From: a bacterium | Lineage (GTDB): Bacteria > Sumerlaeota > Sumerlaeia > SLMS01 > JAHLLQ01 | DNA: 64,000 nucleotides | Assembly: GCA_020444065.1 (NCBI GenBank) | Contig: JAHLLQ010000003.1 | Span: forward strand, 132,979-196,978 | Direction: 5' to 3' | Shown here: positions 50,200-60,582 of the stretch, piece by piece | How the letters are laid out: each line of letters starts with the position of its first letter | Numbering within the stretch: position 1 is the stretch's first letter | Notes under the pieces: model-generated | The model's database searches: none | What the model was told of the DNA's origin: nothing | The model's input: the letters and a program-made list of their open reading frames with translations, nothing else | Program-made: the position numbers and the translations under genes

Positions 50200-52425
50200 A
50201 TGGTTGCTTCCGCTCTGTTGCGCCGTGGTGCTGCGGCGCTGGCGATGATTGTTCTGGCCGTGTCCGTTGCGCAGGCCGGGCGCTGGGTGCTGGTCGATTT
50301 CGGAACGTCGGACGGGACGTCCACGACGCCGTACGGGGATTGGAACCAGATTCTGCGACATTCGACGAACGTGGAGTACGTGGATCCTGACGGGAATCCC
50401 GCCCACCAGGGTATCACGGAGATCGAGAGTCTGGCCGAGGGGGATCCGAGTTTCGCGGGAATTCAAGGCACGACACCGATTTCCTTTGCGCGTGGCAACG
50501 CGATTATCTGCACGTTCTACAATCGCGATGTGAATGAGTCGTACTTCCATGCGCGCCTGAGCCTGACCGATGCGGACAGTCCGGATCCCAGCGATACGAC
50601 GAATGCGTGGTACACGATGACGGGCGACATCGGGTATGGCCTGGAAGCGGGTCAGACGGCGGAGTTTGTTTACTATATTTCCGACGCGACGATGGGGAAC
50701 CATTTGCTGGCGCCTCCATCGGTGGGCGACGCGGTGCGCGTTAACATCAACAAGCGATACCCGAACCCGGCGATTGTGCTGACGCGGATCGAGTTCACGG
50801 ACGAGGCGGATTTGACGGCACCATCCGCGCCGGGAAGTCTGACGGCGCAGTTGCAGGCCGCGACCGCGGGAACCAGCCTGAACCACGTGCGGTTGGAGTG
50901 GAGTGCGTCGACGGATCCGGCGCCCAACGCGACTGGAGTGAATCGCTATCTGATCTATCGCGATGGCGCTTTGTTTGATAACGTGGCGCCCGATATGGTG
51001 GAGTACTACGGTACGGACAACTTGCACTACGTGGATCACCAGGTGGCGCCTGGGTCGACGCATTCGTATTCGGTGACGGCGTTGGATGCGGCGCCGTACG
51101 GGATGTATCCGTCGGAGGAGCAGCCGACGCGTCGCCACGGGAACGAAAGCGATTTCGCAACGACGGTGACGATTGGCGTGCCGGCGTGGAGCGGCGCGGC
51201 GCTGATCGATCCGTATTCGCAGTTACAGTATCTCGGGGCGATTCGGCTGCCGGTGGATCTGGAGCCCTGGATGGATTACGTGTCCGATGGCCTGGCGTTC
51301 TGTCCGACGGGAAATCCGGATTATGATTCCGGGACGGAGTGGCCGGGTTCGCTGTATGTGCTGACGCGTTTGTGCGAGCGCGTGTGCGAGATCAGTATTC
51401 CGCAGGCGGTGGATTCGGCGAACATCGATGATGCTCCGCGGGCGACGACGTTGCAGGCGCCGGTGGATATCTGGCCGCATGTTTATGACGGGCAGTACTA
51501 TCCGCAAGGCGGTGGCTGGGCGACGGGCGGGATCACTTATCATCCCGGCGGCAATGGCGTGGGGCCGCACTTGTTCTACGGCATCACCGATGGTTACGGC
51601 AGCCCGCAGGACCAGCCGCATCACGGCGCGTTCGATTTGGATCTGACGACGGCGAATGGTCCGTGGTTTCTGGGCGAGGCGCCGCCGAACCATGTTCCGC
51701 CGGCGTTGACGTCGATGATTCTGTTTCCGGCGCCGCAATCGTGGGCTGATGCGACTGTGGGAGGGCGCTCGTTGATTTGCGGCAATGCGTACCAGTCGGG
51801 TCTTGGCGTGCCATCGCACGGGCCGTCGTTGTTTGCGACGGCGCCGTGGGAAAGCGGCGCGTTGCCGGCGCAGAACGAAACCTGTTCGGCGATTGAGTTG
51901 CTGCGTTACAGCAGCGGGGCGACGCCAGAGCATCGCGTCGAGAACTGGAGCATGGGCGAGGACGGACAGGGCGGTGCGTGGCTGGAGATCGGCGGAAGCA
52001 GTGCCGTTGTGATGTCGACGATTCGGTGCGTCGGCGATCATTGGTATGGCTATGCCGATGGCACGTTCCAGAGCGACGATGATATTCCGGAGCCGATGTT
52101 CGGCGGTCGCGGCAATGGAGCGAGCGACTGGAAGATGTCGCTGCTGTTCTACAACCCCGCGGATCTTGAGACCGTCGCCGCGGGGACGATGGAGAGTTGG
52201 GAGCCTCAGCCGTATGCCGTATTCGATCTCGATCAGTTCTCGCGGAAGCCGGGCGGCACGGAGTTGTCCGGCGCGATCACATACGATGCGACGAATCAGC
52301 GGATTTACCTGATCGAATTCAACGGCGACCCAGGCTACGAGTGGGGCTACGATATGTTGCACGCGTTTGCGCTGCAGCCAGGTGCGGCGATTCCGGAGTT
52401 CGAGGCGGGCTGGATGTTGCGCTAG
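50200..52425 (+). CDS. Secreted protein with fibronectin type III domain
   Basis: Signal peptide; DLTAPSAPGSL...LEWSASTD...YLIYRDG...YSVTALD; ends EAGWMLR. Confidence 0.8.
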   Translation: MVASALLRRGAAALAMIVLAVSVAQAGRWVLVDFGTSDGTSTTPYGDWNQILRHSTNVEYVDPDGNPAHQGITEIESLAEGDPSFAGIQGTTPISFARGNAIICTFYNRDVNESYFHARLSLTDADSPDPSDTTNAWYTMTGDIGYGLEAGQTAEFVYYISDATMGNHLLAPPSVGDAVRVNINKRYPNPAIVLTRIEFTDEADLTAPSAPGSLTAQLQAATAGTSLNHVRLEWSASTDPAPNATGVNRYLIYRDGALFDNVAPDMVEYYGTDNLHYVDHQVAPGSTHSYSVTALDAAPYGMYPSEEQPTRRHGNESDFATTVTIGVPAWSGAALIDPYSQLQYLGAIRLPVDLEPWMDYVSDGLAFCPTGNPDYDSGTEWPGSLYVLTRLCERVCEISIPQAVDSANIDDAPRATTLQAPVDIWPHVYDGQYYPQGGGWATGGITYHPGGNGVGPHLFYGITDGYGSPQDQPHHGAFDLDLTTANGPWFLGEAPPNHVPPALTSMILFPAPQSWADATVGGRSLICGNAYQSGLGVPSHGPSLFATAPWESGALPAQNETCSAIELLRYSSGATPEHRVENWSMGEDGQGGAWLEIGGSSAVVMSTIRCVGDHWYGYADGTFQSDDDIPEPMFGGRGNGASDWKMSLLFYNPADLETVAAGTMESWEPQPYAVFDLDQFSRKPGGTELSGAITYDATNQRIYLIEFNGDPGYEWGYDMLHAFALQPGAAIPEFEAGWMLR

Positions 52426-52432
52426 GGGTAGC

Positions 52433-53968
52433 TCAGCCGTCTGCGGGAAGCGCAGCGATTGCTCGGCGTGCACGGCGGGATTGGAAGAAGCGGTTTGCGC
52501 TTTGTCCGAATGAAATGCCTGCGATGGTGAAATAGCCCGCGGCGAAGAGTGCGGCAAAAGGAAGGGCTTGCGGCACGGTGTAGTACGTTGCCGTGGCGAT
52601 CAGGATGATGAAGTGCGCACCGAGTGCGAACTCAAGCCACGGCAGGATATCGCGAAAGTCGATGTGTCGGCGCGTGATCTTTGACTCCGTTCCTACTTCT
52701 TTCCAAGTGGTTCCCTGGGCAATCATTCCTCGTTTGGGCGTGCGGACGAAGGGCGTTCGCCGGCCAGTGAGTCCGTGGATGACGGCGCAGGCGTTGTTGA
52801 GGCTCATGCCGATACCGATCGCCATTGCCGCGAGGGATAATCCGATCGCACGAAGCCACGATGTGCCGTTCATGCGTGCGGCGCGCGCGAAGTAGGCGGC
52901 GAAGATAACGGTTGCCGGCAGGAATATCAGTAGATCCGTCCAAAGCAGAAGCGCGAGGTTGTTCAATTCGCGAAGCAGAAACACGCGGAACAGCAACAGC
53001 GCCAGGACAAGTAATAGCAGATTCGCGACGTTGCCGAGCAGGTGGATGGCGGCTTCGAGCTTCAGCGGCCATGCGATTGGCGCGCGAAGGATCGTTGGCA
53101 GCAGTTTGCGCGACGTCTCCATCGATCCCTTTGCCCAGCGGTGCTGTTGGCTACGGAATGCGCGAAGATCGGCGGGCAGTTCGGCGGGGGCTTCGACATC
53201 GTCGCGATAGACGAACTTCCATCCGTGAAGTTGCGCGCGGTAGGAGAGGTCGAGGTCTTCGGTGAGCGTGTCGCCTTGCCATCCGCCGGCGTCGTCGATG
53301 GCGGCGCGGCGCCAGATGCCCGCGGTGCCATTGAAATTGAAGTAGCGCCCCGTTGCAGCGCGGACGGCGTGCTCGATGCGAAAATGCGCGTCGAGGAAGA
53401 GAGCCTGTGCGCGGGTCAGAACGGAGTAATCGCGGTTCAGATGACCCCAGCGGGCCTGCACCATTCCGACGCGATCATCGGCGAATTCAGGCACAAGCCG
53501 ACGAAGGAAATCGGGCTGCGGAATGAAGTCTGCATCAAATACGGCAACGAGTTCGGCGTCTGATTGTTGCAGTCCCCATGCAAGCGCGCCGGCTTTGTAG
53601 CCTTCGCGATCCGCGCGGCGCAGATGAGAAATGGAAATGCCGCGTCGGGTCCATGAGTCGACGCGCTCTGCGGCTGCAGTCGTGGTTTCATCGGTCGAAT
53701 CATCGAGAACCTGAACATCGAATTGGTCGCGCGGATAATCGAACTTGCAGACGGCATCGATCAGGCGCGCAGCGACAGCGGGTTCATTGTAGAGCGGAAG
53801 CTGAATCGTGATGGTTGGCAGTTCTTCTTCCGCCGAAGCATCAGGCGGAGTCCGATGCGTGACGTGTCGCAACGCAATCAGCATCCACAGTCGGTGCGCA
53901 CCGAATCCCGCCAATGGCAGCAGGACGGCGAAGTACGCCGCGAGGAGGATGATGTCGATGTGCGTCAT
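52433..53968 (-). CDS. GT2 processive glycosyltransferase (cellulose synthase/glucomannan-like)
   Basis: QLPLYNE, DDSTD, KAGAL, FDADF, TEDLDL, QQHRW. Confidence 0.92.
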   Translation of the reverse strand: MTHIDIILLAAYFAVLLPLAGFGAHRLWMLIALRHVTHRTPPDASAEEELPTITIQLPLYNEPAVAARLIDAVCKFDYPRDQFDVQVLDDSTDETTTAAAERVDSWTRRGISISHLRRADREGYKAGALAWGLQQSDAELVAVFDADFIPQPDFLRRLVPEFADDRVGMVQARWGHLNRDYSVLTRAQALFLDAHFRIEHAVRAATGRYFNFNGTAGIWRRAAIDDAGGWQGDTLTEDLDLSYRAQLHGWKFVYRDDVEAPAELPADLRAFRSQQHRWAKGSMETSRKLLPTILRAPIAWPLKLEAAIHLLGNVANLLLLVLALLLFRVFLLRELNNLALLLWTDLLIFLPATVIFAAYFARAARMNGTSWLRAIGLSLAAMAIGIGMSLNNACAVIHGLTGRRTPFVRTPKRGMIAQGTTWKEVGTESKITRRHIDFRDILPWLEFALGAHFIILIATATYYTVPQALPFAALFAAGYFTIAGISFGQSANRFFQSRRARRAIAALPADG

Positions 53969-53995
53969 GCGGACTTGGTTGCATTTCTGCGGAGG

Positions 53996-55909
53996 CTATT
54001 CCGCTCCGCTTTTCACAGACACGCCGGCGAGGTGCTTCAGTTCGAATACGAAGCGCGTGTCGTCGTCGTTGTACTGGATTTTCTCTTTCACCGCGCCGGA
54101 ATCGTCCAGCAGCACGGCTGCGGGAATTCGATACACGCCGTAGCGCTTCGCGGTCGAGGGGTGTTTGCTGACGTCGGTGACCAGCATCGTAATGCGTTCC
54201 TGGAAGCGCTGGCCGGCCAGACTGTCCAGCCATTCATTGACGCCGGCACAGGACGCGAGATCGGGATGGTGGAAATACAGCACGCGCGGCTTCGATTCGT
54301 CGTCCATCACACGTTCCAGATTGCGGCTGAATGTCTCCGCTTCGGTGGCGGTGCGTTCGATGCGTGGTGCGGGCGTCGCCGCCGGTGTGTTTGCGGTGGC
54401 GACTTCGTTTGAGTTGCCTGCGCGGTTGAGTTCTTCGATCTTCCCATCGGCGGTCAGCGTGAAGACGGAGTTGCCTTCCTGATCCCGTGGCAGAATGGTG
54501 GGATCCACGGCCATCCACGCGCCGTCGTAGACGTACTTGAAACGGTACATGCCGGCGGTCAGGGGGAAGGTGCGTTCGAAAAGGGATTTGCGATCATCCC
54601 AGCGCAGCAGGGCATCGCTGCCGCTGATGTAGCCGTTGTCGTTGTTGGCCCAGTTGTTGAAATCGCCGGCGACGAAGACCTTTGCGCTCTTGCGCGCTTT
54701 GACTTGGAAGAGAACGCCACCCTGGACCGGGGTCGGCGGCATCATTTCGAGTTCCGCCATTTCGCGGGCGTCTTCGCCAATGAGTGCCATCACTCCGGTC
54801 TCGATGAGCGGATCGGGTTTGCCGGCCAGCTCCTTGATCTTGCCATCGGCCGTCAGTGTGAAAACGGAATTGCCATCCTTGTCCTGAGGGAGATCGATTT
54901 GATCGACGGCTTGCCAGCCGTCGGGATGGCCATTGATGACGTACTTGAAGTGATACTCGCCCGGTTCGATGGCGAGGACTTTGACGAACATGCCGCGCGC
55001 GTCGGGGACCATGCGCGCGTGCGCATCGGTGACGCGTCCGCTGTCATTCTCGCCCCAATTGTTGAAATCGCCGGCGACGTAGATGATCTCCGTCTTTGGG
55101 GCGTAGGCGCGGAACTCGACGCCTCCGGGAACGACGCGTGGAGGCAGAAGAATCTGATCGGTCAGCTCGACGATCGTGTTGCGTCCGGTGATCGTGAAGT
55201 AACGTTCGCCCTGTTCGTCGGCGGGCAGTTCGAGCGCGCCGGGCAGCCACATGGCGTTTTCATCCAGACGAACGCCATACGCGTAAGTTCCAGCGGACAG
55301 CGGAATGGTGCGGACGAATTCGTAGTTTGTGCCGGGGTACATGAGGCCGCTGGCGTTCGCGATGCCGGGTTGGCCTTTGCCCCAGTTGTTGAAGGTGCCG
55401 ACCACTTCCGCCGTTTTGCTGTCGGGCGAGTAGACGCGGAACTGGACGCCCTCGCGCGCAATGCGCGGCGGAAAAACATACGGGTGGGCAGCCGGAACGC
55501 ACGTCCCATCGGGATTGACGACAAGGATGCTGTTTCCATCGCGATCGATCGGGGTCTGCGTGGCGGGCAGAGAAATCCACTCGGTCCACTGGTCCTTTAA
55601 GACGTAGCGGAAGTGGTAAACGCCCGGAGCGAGCGAAAGCGTCTTGCGGAAGACGCCAGCGTTGTCCGGATTGCCCATGGCGAATTCCTCGTTTCGGATC
55701 ACGCCGTCTTCGTTACTGCCCCAATCGTTGAAGGTGCCGACCACGTATGCGCCGGGAGCCCCGGGGGCCTTAATGGCGAACTCGACGCCGCCATCGACCG
55801 TGCGGGGCATCATGGGCTCGGAAGGCACCGCGGCGGCTTGTGCAGCAATGACGACCAATCCCAGGGCCCAGAGCGCTGCCGCGCCGCGAAGTTTCCAGAA
55901 ACGGTTCAT
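53996..55909 (-). CDS. Secreted protein with four CBM48/AMPK-type glycogen-binding domains and thioredoxin-like C-domain
   Basis: Four V(V/A)G(T/D)FN(D/N)W...L..G.Y repeats; signal peptide. Confidence 0.8.
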   Translation of the reverse strand: MNRFWKLRGAAALWALGLVVIAAQAAAVPSEPMMPRTVDGGVEFAIKAPGAPGAYVVGTFNDWGSNEDGVIRNEEFAMGNPDNAGVFRKTLSLAPGVYHFRYVLKDQWTEWISLPATQTPIDRDGNSILVVNPDGTCVPAAHPYVFPPRIAREGVQFRVYSPDSKTAEVVGTFNNWGKGQPGIANASGLMYPGTNYEFVRTIPLSAGTYAYGVRLDENAMWLPGALELPADEQGERYFTITGRNTIVELTDQILLPPRVVPGGVEFRAYAPKTEIIYVAGDFNNWGENDSGRVTDAHARMVPDARGMFVKVLAIEPGEYHFKYVINGHPDGWQAVDQIDLPQDKDGNSVFTLTADGKIKELAGKPDPLIETGVMALIGEDAREMAELEMMPPTPVQGGVLFQVKARKSAKVFVAGDFNNWANNDNGYISGSDALLRWDDRKSLFERTFPLTAGMYRFKYVYDGAWMAVDPTILPRDQEGNSVFTLTADGKIEELNRAGNSNEVATANTPAATPAPRIERTATEAETFSRNLERVMDDESKPRVLYFHHPDLASCAGVNEWLDSLAGQRFQERITMLVTDVSKHPSTAKRYGVYRIPAAVLLDDSGAVKEKIQYNDDDTRFVFELKHLAGVSVKSGAE

Positions 55910-56126
55910 AGAAAGGACCTTACGTTTATTCTCGAAGCGGGTTGGATGCTACCGAAGGACTTGGGCGTGCTCAAGCCTCATTGCATTAGACTTCGAGCAT
56001 GGGAATAAGGTTGGATGACGGTTGTATAGACAGTCGTTTGCGCGCGTCTCACTCAGAGATTCTGGTTGATCTTCGGAGCCATATGGATATACTAATTTTA
56101 GTAAATCTACTAAAAGGGTTGGTGAC

Positions 56127-56624
56127 ATGCCATACTCAGTGCTTCCCGACGATTCAGATTACAGACCCTATCAGAATCTGCCGCATCACCTTGACCACAA
56201 GCCCATCCTTGCTCTGCCGTACCAGGCTTTCGATGCATTCTACCCCCGCGAGAGAACCGATGTCCGCTGGATATCGGTGGGTACAGCCCAGTACGACCCC
56301 GGGCACATTTCAGTGAAGACATGGCGGCACTCGGAGAGGCGGTGGAGCAGAATGTCCGAAGAGCTGCCTCTTCACAGGGTCTTTGACGCCGCCGATTTCG
56401 CTGCAAGATGCATTTCCCTCGAGGGTGACACTCTCGAAATTCCGGTTGGTACATATGAAAGGCAGGAACTTGCCATCCGGATTCAGGATGAGAGTGAAAG
56501 CAGAACGTCGGGGGCAATGGATGTGATGGTCGACTTCAACGCGCGGCACGGAGAAATGCTCCGTCGCCGGATGCGGAATCTTCTGGATACTCTCAGATTC
56601 CTGGAGAGTCAGGGCCGCCTCTAG
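56127..56624 (+). CDS. DUF6530-like hypothetical protein
   Basis: LDHKPI...SVGTAQY...SVKTWR...WSRMSEELPLHRVFD. Confidence 0.65.
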   Translation: MPYSVLPDDSDYRPYQNLPHHLDHKPILALPYQAFDAFYPRERTDVRWISVGTAQYDPGHISVKTWRHSERRWSRMSEELPLHRVFDAADFAARCISLEGDTLEIPVGTYERQELAIRIQDESESRTSGAMDVMVDFNARHGEMLRRRMRNLLDTLRFLESQGRL

Positions 56625-56685
56625 TTCGCGTCAGAAGGCGAAACTCCGCGGTTTCCAACTCGGCAGCGAGGTGGGCCTGCGGCCT

Positions 56686-57753
56686 TCAGTCGCCCATTTC
56701 CTGTTCCAGGGCGCGAAGGTCCTCGTAGCGGCCGAGGGCGACAAGGACGTCGCCGACCTGAACCTTGCTGTCTGCTCCAGGGTTGAATTCGAGCCAGCCT
56801 TCCTCCTTCGAGCGGTGGATGGCGGCGACGATGATGCTGAATCGGTGGCCGAGATCGAGCTGGCGGAGCGTCTTTTCGGCGAGTGGCGATTTGGCGGGGA
56901 CTTCGAGCTCTTCGAGCTGGATCTTCTCGCCGCCGGGCGTCGCGGTCATATCGAGGAAGTCGACCACGGAGGGGCGCAGGGCAGCCTGCGAGATGTAGAT
57001 GGCGCCCCGTTCGAGGGGCGAGACGACGCGCGAGGCGCCCGCGCGCTTCAGTTTATTTTCGGCCAGGTCGCCCATGCCCTGGGCGATGATGGTGACGTCG
57101 GGATTCAGCGCACGCGCAGAGAGCGTGATGTAGACATTGATTGGATCGTCCTGCGCAACAACGATCACGGCGGCGGCTCGATTGATGCCCGCGTCGTTCA
57201 AGATGCGATCTTCGGACGCGTCGCCCTGGATGTTCAGGATGCCGCGATTGGTCATCTCGTCGCAGCACTCGCGATCCGTGTCGATAACGAGCAGCGGGCG
57301 GTCGTAGGCGAGGAGTTGATCGATGACCATGCGGCCGAGGCGGCTGTAGCCGCAGACGATGTAGTGATCCTCGAGGCGTTCGATTTCTCTGCGCATCTTT
57401 CGGGCTCCGTACTTGTTCATCAGGACGCCGCTGACGAGGAACTGGCCGAGCGTCGTCGCGGCGTAGGTGAAGATGATCAGGTTGAAGATAACAAGGCCGA
57501 TGGTGAAGGCTCGGCCGGCTTCGCTGAAGTTCGACGGTTCGCTGTAGCCGATTGTTGAAACGGTGATGACGGTGAAGTAGAATGCGTCGAAGAGCGGAAC
57601 GCCTTCGATGAGGTGATAGCCGCAAGTTCCGATGAGCAGGATTGCAATAATCAGTGCGAGCGAGGTGGCAACCTGGCGGGTCGGGAAGTCCAGATGCGCG
57701 CCGTCGGGTGACGGAGGAATCCGGTTAATGCGGCGATACTGGCGCAGCGGCAT
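56686..57753 (-). CDS. Potassium channel with RCK (TrkA-N/TrkA-C) domains
   Basis: TVSTIGY pore, IVCGYSRLG, GDAS, RAGA. Confidence 0.92.
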   Translation of the reverse strand: MPLRQYRRINRIPPSPDGAHLDFPTRQVATSLALIIAILLIGTCGYHLIEGVPLFDAFYFTVITVSTIGYSEPSNFSEAGRAFTIGLVIFNLIIFTYAATTLGQFLVSGVLMNKYGARKMRREIERLEDHYIVCGYSRLGRMVIDQLLAYDRPLLVIDTDRECCDEMTNRGILNIQGDASEDRILNDAGINRAAAVIVVAQDDPINVYITLSARALNPDVTIIAQGMGDLAENKLKRAGASRVVSPLERGAIYISQAALRPSVVDFLDMTATPGGEKIQLEELEVPAKSPLAEKTLRQLDLGHRFSIIVAAIHRSKEEGWLEFNPGADSKVQVGDVLVALGRYEDLRALEQEMGD

Positions 57754-57774
57754 GGCGGCTCCCCTCTGAACCGA

Positions 57775-58572
57775 TCACTCCACAAAATCACCCAGATCGA
57801 CTCGCACACGCTCGACTTTGCGGGCGATGCCATTCATGGGATCGACCTCGATGAAAAGGCCACAGACGCGCACGTCGCGCGGTTCGGCGACTTCGAAGCG
57901 TTTCGGGCGAAGCGTCAGCATCGTCTCCAGAATGATGTCCGTGCCGCAACCGATCACTGAGTCGTAGGGGCCTGTCATGCCGGAGTCGGTGATGTACGCG
58001 GTGCCTTTCGGCAGAATGCGCTCATCGGCCGTCTGGATGTGCGTGTGGGTGCCGATGACGGCGCTGGCGCGGCCGTCCATGAACCAGCCCATCGCGATCT
58101 TCTCGCTCGTGGTTTCGGCGTGAAAGTCGAAGATAATGATGGGGGTCTCTTTCGCGAGCCTGTCGGCCATGGCGGCGGCGCCGCGAAAGGGGTCGTCGAA
58201 GTGGGCCATGAAGGCGCGTCCGCAGAAGTTCATGACGGCGACGGGAAAGCCGGCGGCGCTGTCGTACACAGCGGCGCCAATGCCTGGCGTGCCCTCGGGG
58301 AAATTCGCGGGGCGCAGGAGGCGGCGCTCGGCGTCGTAGATCTCGTCGCAGCCCTTCTGGTACATGCTGTGGTTGCCGCCGGTCAGGCAGTCGATGCCGA
58401 GGTCGAGGAATTCCTCGACGATCTTGCGGTTCACGCCTTTGCCGCCGGCGGAGTTCTCGGCGTTGGCGATGATGAAGTCGGGTTCGTAGCGCTTGCGGAG
58501 CTCGGGGAGGGCCTTCTTGACGGCGGTGCGACCGGGCCGACCGAAGATATCTCCAATAAATAGAATGTTCAT
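57775..58572 (-). CDS. ymdB: YmdB-family metallophosphoesterase
   Basis: FIGDIFGRPGR, NAENSAGG, GNH, DFHAETTSEK, GTHTH. Confidence 0.93.
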   Translation of the reverse strand: MNILFIGDIFGRPGRTAVKKALPELRKRYEPDFIIANAENSAGGKGVNRKIVEEFLDLGIDCLTGGNHSMYQKGCDEIYDAERRLLRPANFPEGTPGIGAAVYDSAAGFPVAVMNFCGRAFMAHFDDPFRGAAAMADRLAKETPIIIFDFHAETTSEKIAMGWFMDGRASAVIGTHTHIQTADERILPKGTAYITDSGMTGPYDSVIGCGTDIILETMLTLRPKRFEVAEPRDVRVCGLFIEVDPMNGIARKVERVRVDLGDFVE

Positions 58573-58948
58573 GAGCAGCGCCCCGGGATGATGTTTCGAC
58601 GTTCAAGGCCTGTGGTGGGGCGGGTTGGCGCGTCAATCGGAGACACGACAGGGCATTCTCATTGTCCCAACCTCTTCGTTGCGCGGCGGACGGTGGGCTC
58701 GGTCACGTACTGGAGTACGCTCCCTCGCCCCCCGCCTTGCGCGCCTCGATCTTGGAACAAGCAGAATGCCCTGTCGGGGTGGTGGTGGGGCGCCCAGGGC
58801 TTGCGCCTTGGGCTGGTACAGGGCGGGGCATTGCCCCTTTTTGTGGGTTCGAGTGCGAGTTCGAGTACGTGTACGAGTCCGAGAGGGATTGTGTGCTCAT
58901 GCTCAGCGAATCGGTGCTCGTCGCCGGGCTGTGGTTGGTGGGTTGGCT

Positions 58949-59020
58949 CTTGGGCAAGGATGCCCAAGTCACCTCGAAAAAGACATGCCGTCTGAGGTGA
59001 CTTGAGCATCCTTGCTCAAG
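58949..59020. repeat. Back-to-back GAGGTGA REP pair
   Basis: 58949-58975(-) and 58994-59020(+). Confidence 0.85.
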
Positions 59021-59114
59021 CCCCAGAGGTTTTGGGCTTTTCTGCTGACGTATTCTGGATTCTTCGAGGCGTGGCGGGCAATTTGCCGGCTGGAAGCCGG
59101 CGGTCCCAGGGGCT

Positions 59115-60050
59115 TCAGCTGCGACGTTTGCGGCGTGAGCGGGGTTTCTTGTCTTCCCTGGCAGGTTCGGGGGCTGCGTCTTCTTTGGGCAGGGGAGGGG
59201 CGGTGCTGGGGTGGCTGTGGGGGGAGATCGGTTGTTTGTGCGACCACCACAGGAGGCCGACTCCGATGGGGACCATCAGGAGCGAGAGGATCTGGGAGGT
59301 GCTGAGGAGGCCGCCGAGCCACAGGCCGCGTTCGGCGTCGCCGCGCAGGAATTCGAGGAGGAACCGCAGCAGGGCGTAGCCGATGACGTACAGCGCCAAA
59401 GTCTGCCCCGGGCGACGCGGGCGGGTCGCGAACCAGAGCAGCGCGAAGCCGATCAGGAAGAGTCCGGCGGACTCCATGAGCTGCACCGGCCAGATGCCAA
59501 GGCTGTGCCCGGCGCCGGGCGGGATGACACCGCGGGAGAGCTGGTCCTCGAAGGCGTTGTAGAACGGCAGGCCGTTGGGCTGAGTGTGGGGCTCGATGTG
59601 GATGGCGAACGGGGAATTGCACTGGCCGCCGAAGCAGCAGCCGGCGAAGTGACACCCAATGCGGCCGAAGGCATGGCCGATGGCGATGCTGGGCGCGACG
59701 ATATCGCCCATCGGCAGGATCGGGATTTTGCGCCATCTGAGGAAGATGATGCAGCAGATGACGGCGCCGATCAGTCCGCCGAGGAAGACGAATCCGGTCC
59801 GCGAGAGCAGGATGCTCATCGGGTCGGTTTTGAAGGTCTCCCATTCCAGGAAAATGAAGAAGATGCGGGCGGAGACGAGTCCGCCGATGACGGCCACAAG
59901 CGCGAGATCGAACACGCGATCGGGTGCGATGCCGCGGCGTCGGGCGCGCCAGCTGGCGAGCGTGACGGCGACGAGCAAGCCGAGGGCGACCATGACTCCG
60001 TAGGTGCCGATAAAGAAGGAATCGCCGATCTGGATGAGTACGGGGTGCAT
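59115..60050 (-). CDS. lgt: Prolipoprotein diacylglyceryl transferase
   Basis: MHPVL...YG, GFVFLGG, GRIGCHFAGCCFG, PVQLME, RFLLEFLRGD. Confidence 0.93.
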   Translation of the reverse strand: MHPVLIQIGDSFFIGTYGVMVALGLLVAVTLASWRARRRGIAPDRVFDLALVAVIGGLVSARIFFIFLEWETFKTDPMSILLSRTGFVFLGGLIGAVICCIIFLRWRKIPILPMGDIVAPSIAIGHAFGRIGCHFAGCCFGGQCNSPFAIHIEPHTQPNGLPFYNAFEDQLSRGVIPPGAGHSLGIWPVQLMESAGLFLIGFALLWFATRPRRPGQTLALYVIGYALLRFLLEFLRGDAERGLWLGGLLSTSQILSLLMVPIGVGLLWWSHKQPISPHSHPSTAPPLPKEDAAPEPAREDKKPRSRRKRRS

Positions 60051-60298
60051 TGGATCTCCTGGAGGCCGTCAAGCAACGACCAGGCGCGCAGTGTGGGCGC
60101 CGGGGAGGATGAGAGGCAAACGAAATGCCAAGAGCAGTGGCTAGTGGCGAGTGGCGAGTGGCCTTCGCTGAAGCTGCGGCGCCCTACGGTGATGAGTCGC
60201 AACAAAGGATCGTGCCAGCGCCTTGCGCGTCTCGATCTTGGCCCAAGCAGAACGCCCTGGCACGTTGGGAAGGGCTGAGGTTTCCACACGAAACGGGG

Positions 60299-60500
60299 TT
60301 GCCTCGGACATCGGCCGGGATGTTTTCTATGCATGTCGGTATTTCGAGGATAGCCAAAGATGGCACGGCTTGCTCGTATCGTTTCGCCCGGGGGCGGCAC
60401 TCGCCTTCGCCGCCACAAGCGCAGGCGGTTATCGAAAGAGGAAGAATCTACCGGCAAGATGGAGATGACGTTCGATGAATAGAGTATCCTGTCGCCGAAT
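60299..60500 (+). repeat. ~200-bp element copy A
   Basis: TTGCCTCGGACATCGGCCGGGATG...GTTCGATGAATAGAGTATCCTGTCGCCGAAT. Confidence 0.9.
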
Positions 60501-60582
60501 GTCCCACACCTACCGGATAAGTGCAGTAAGGACATTCGCAGCAATTCAGTAGTGCAAGATACTCAATCATGAGGAAGGCATA

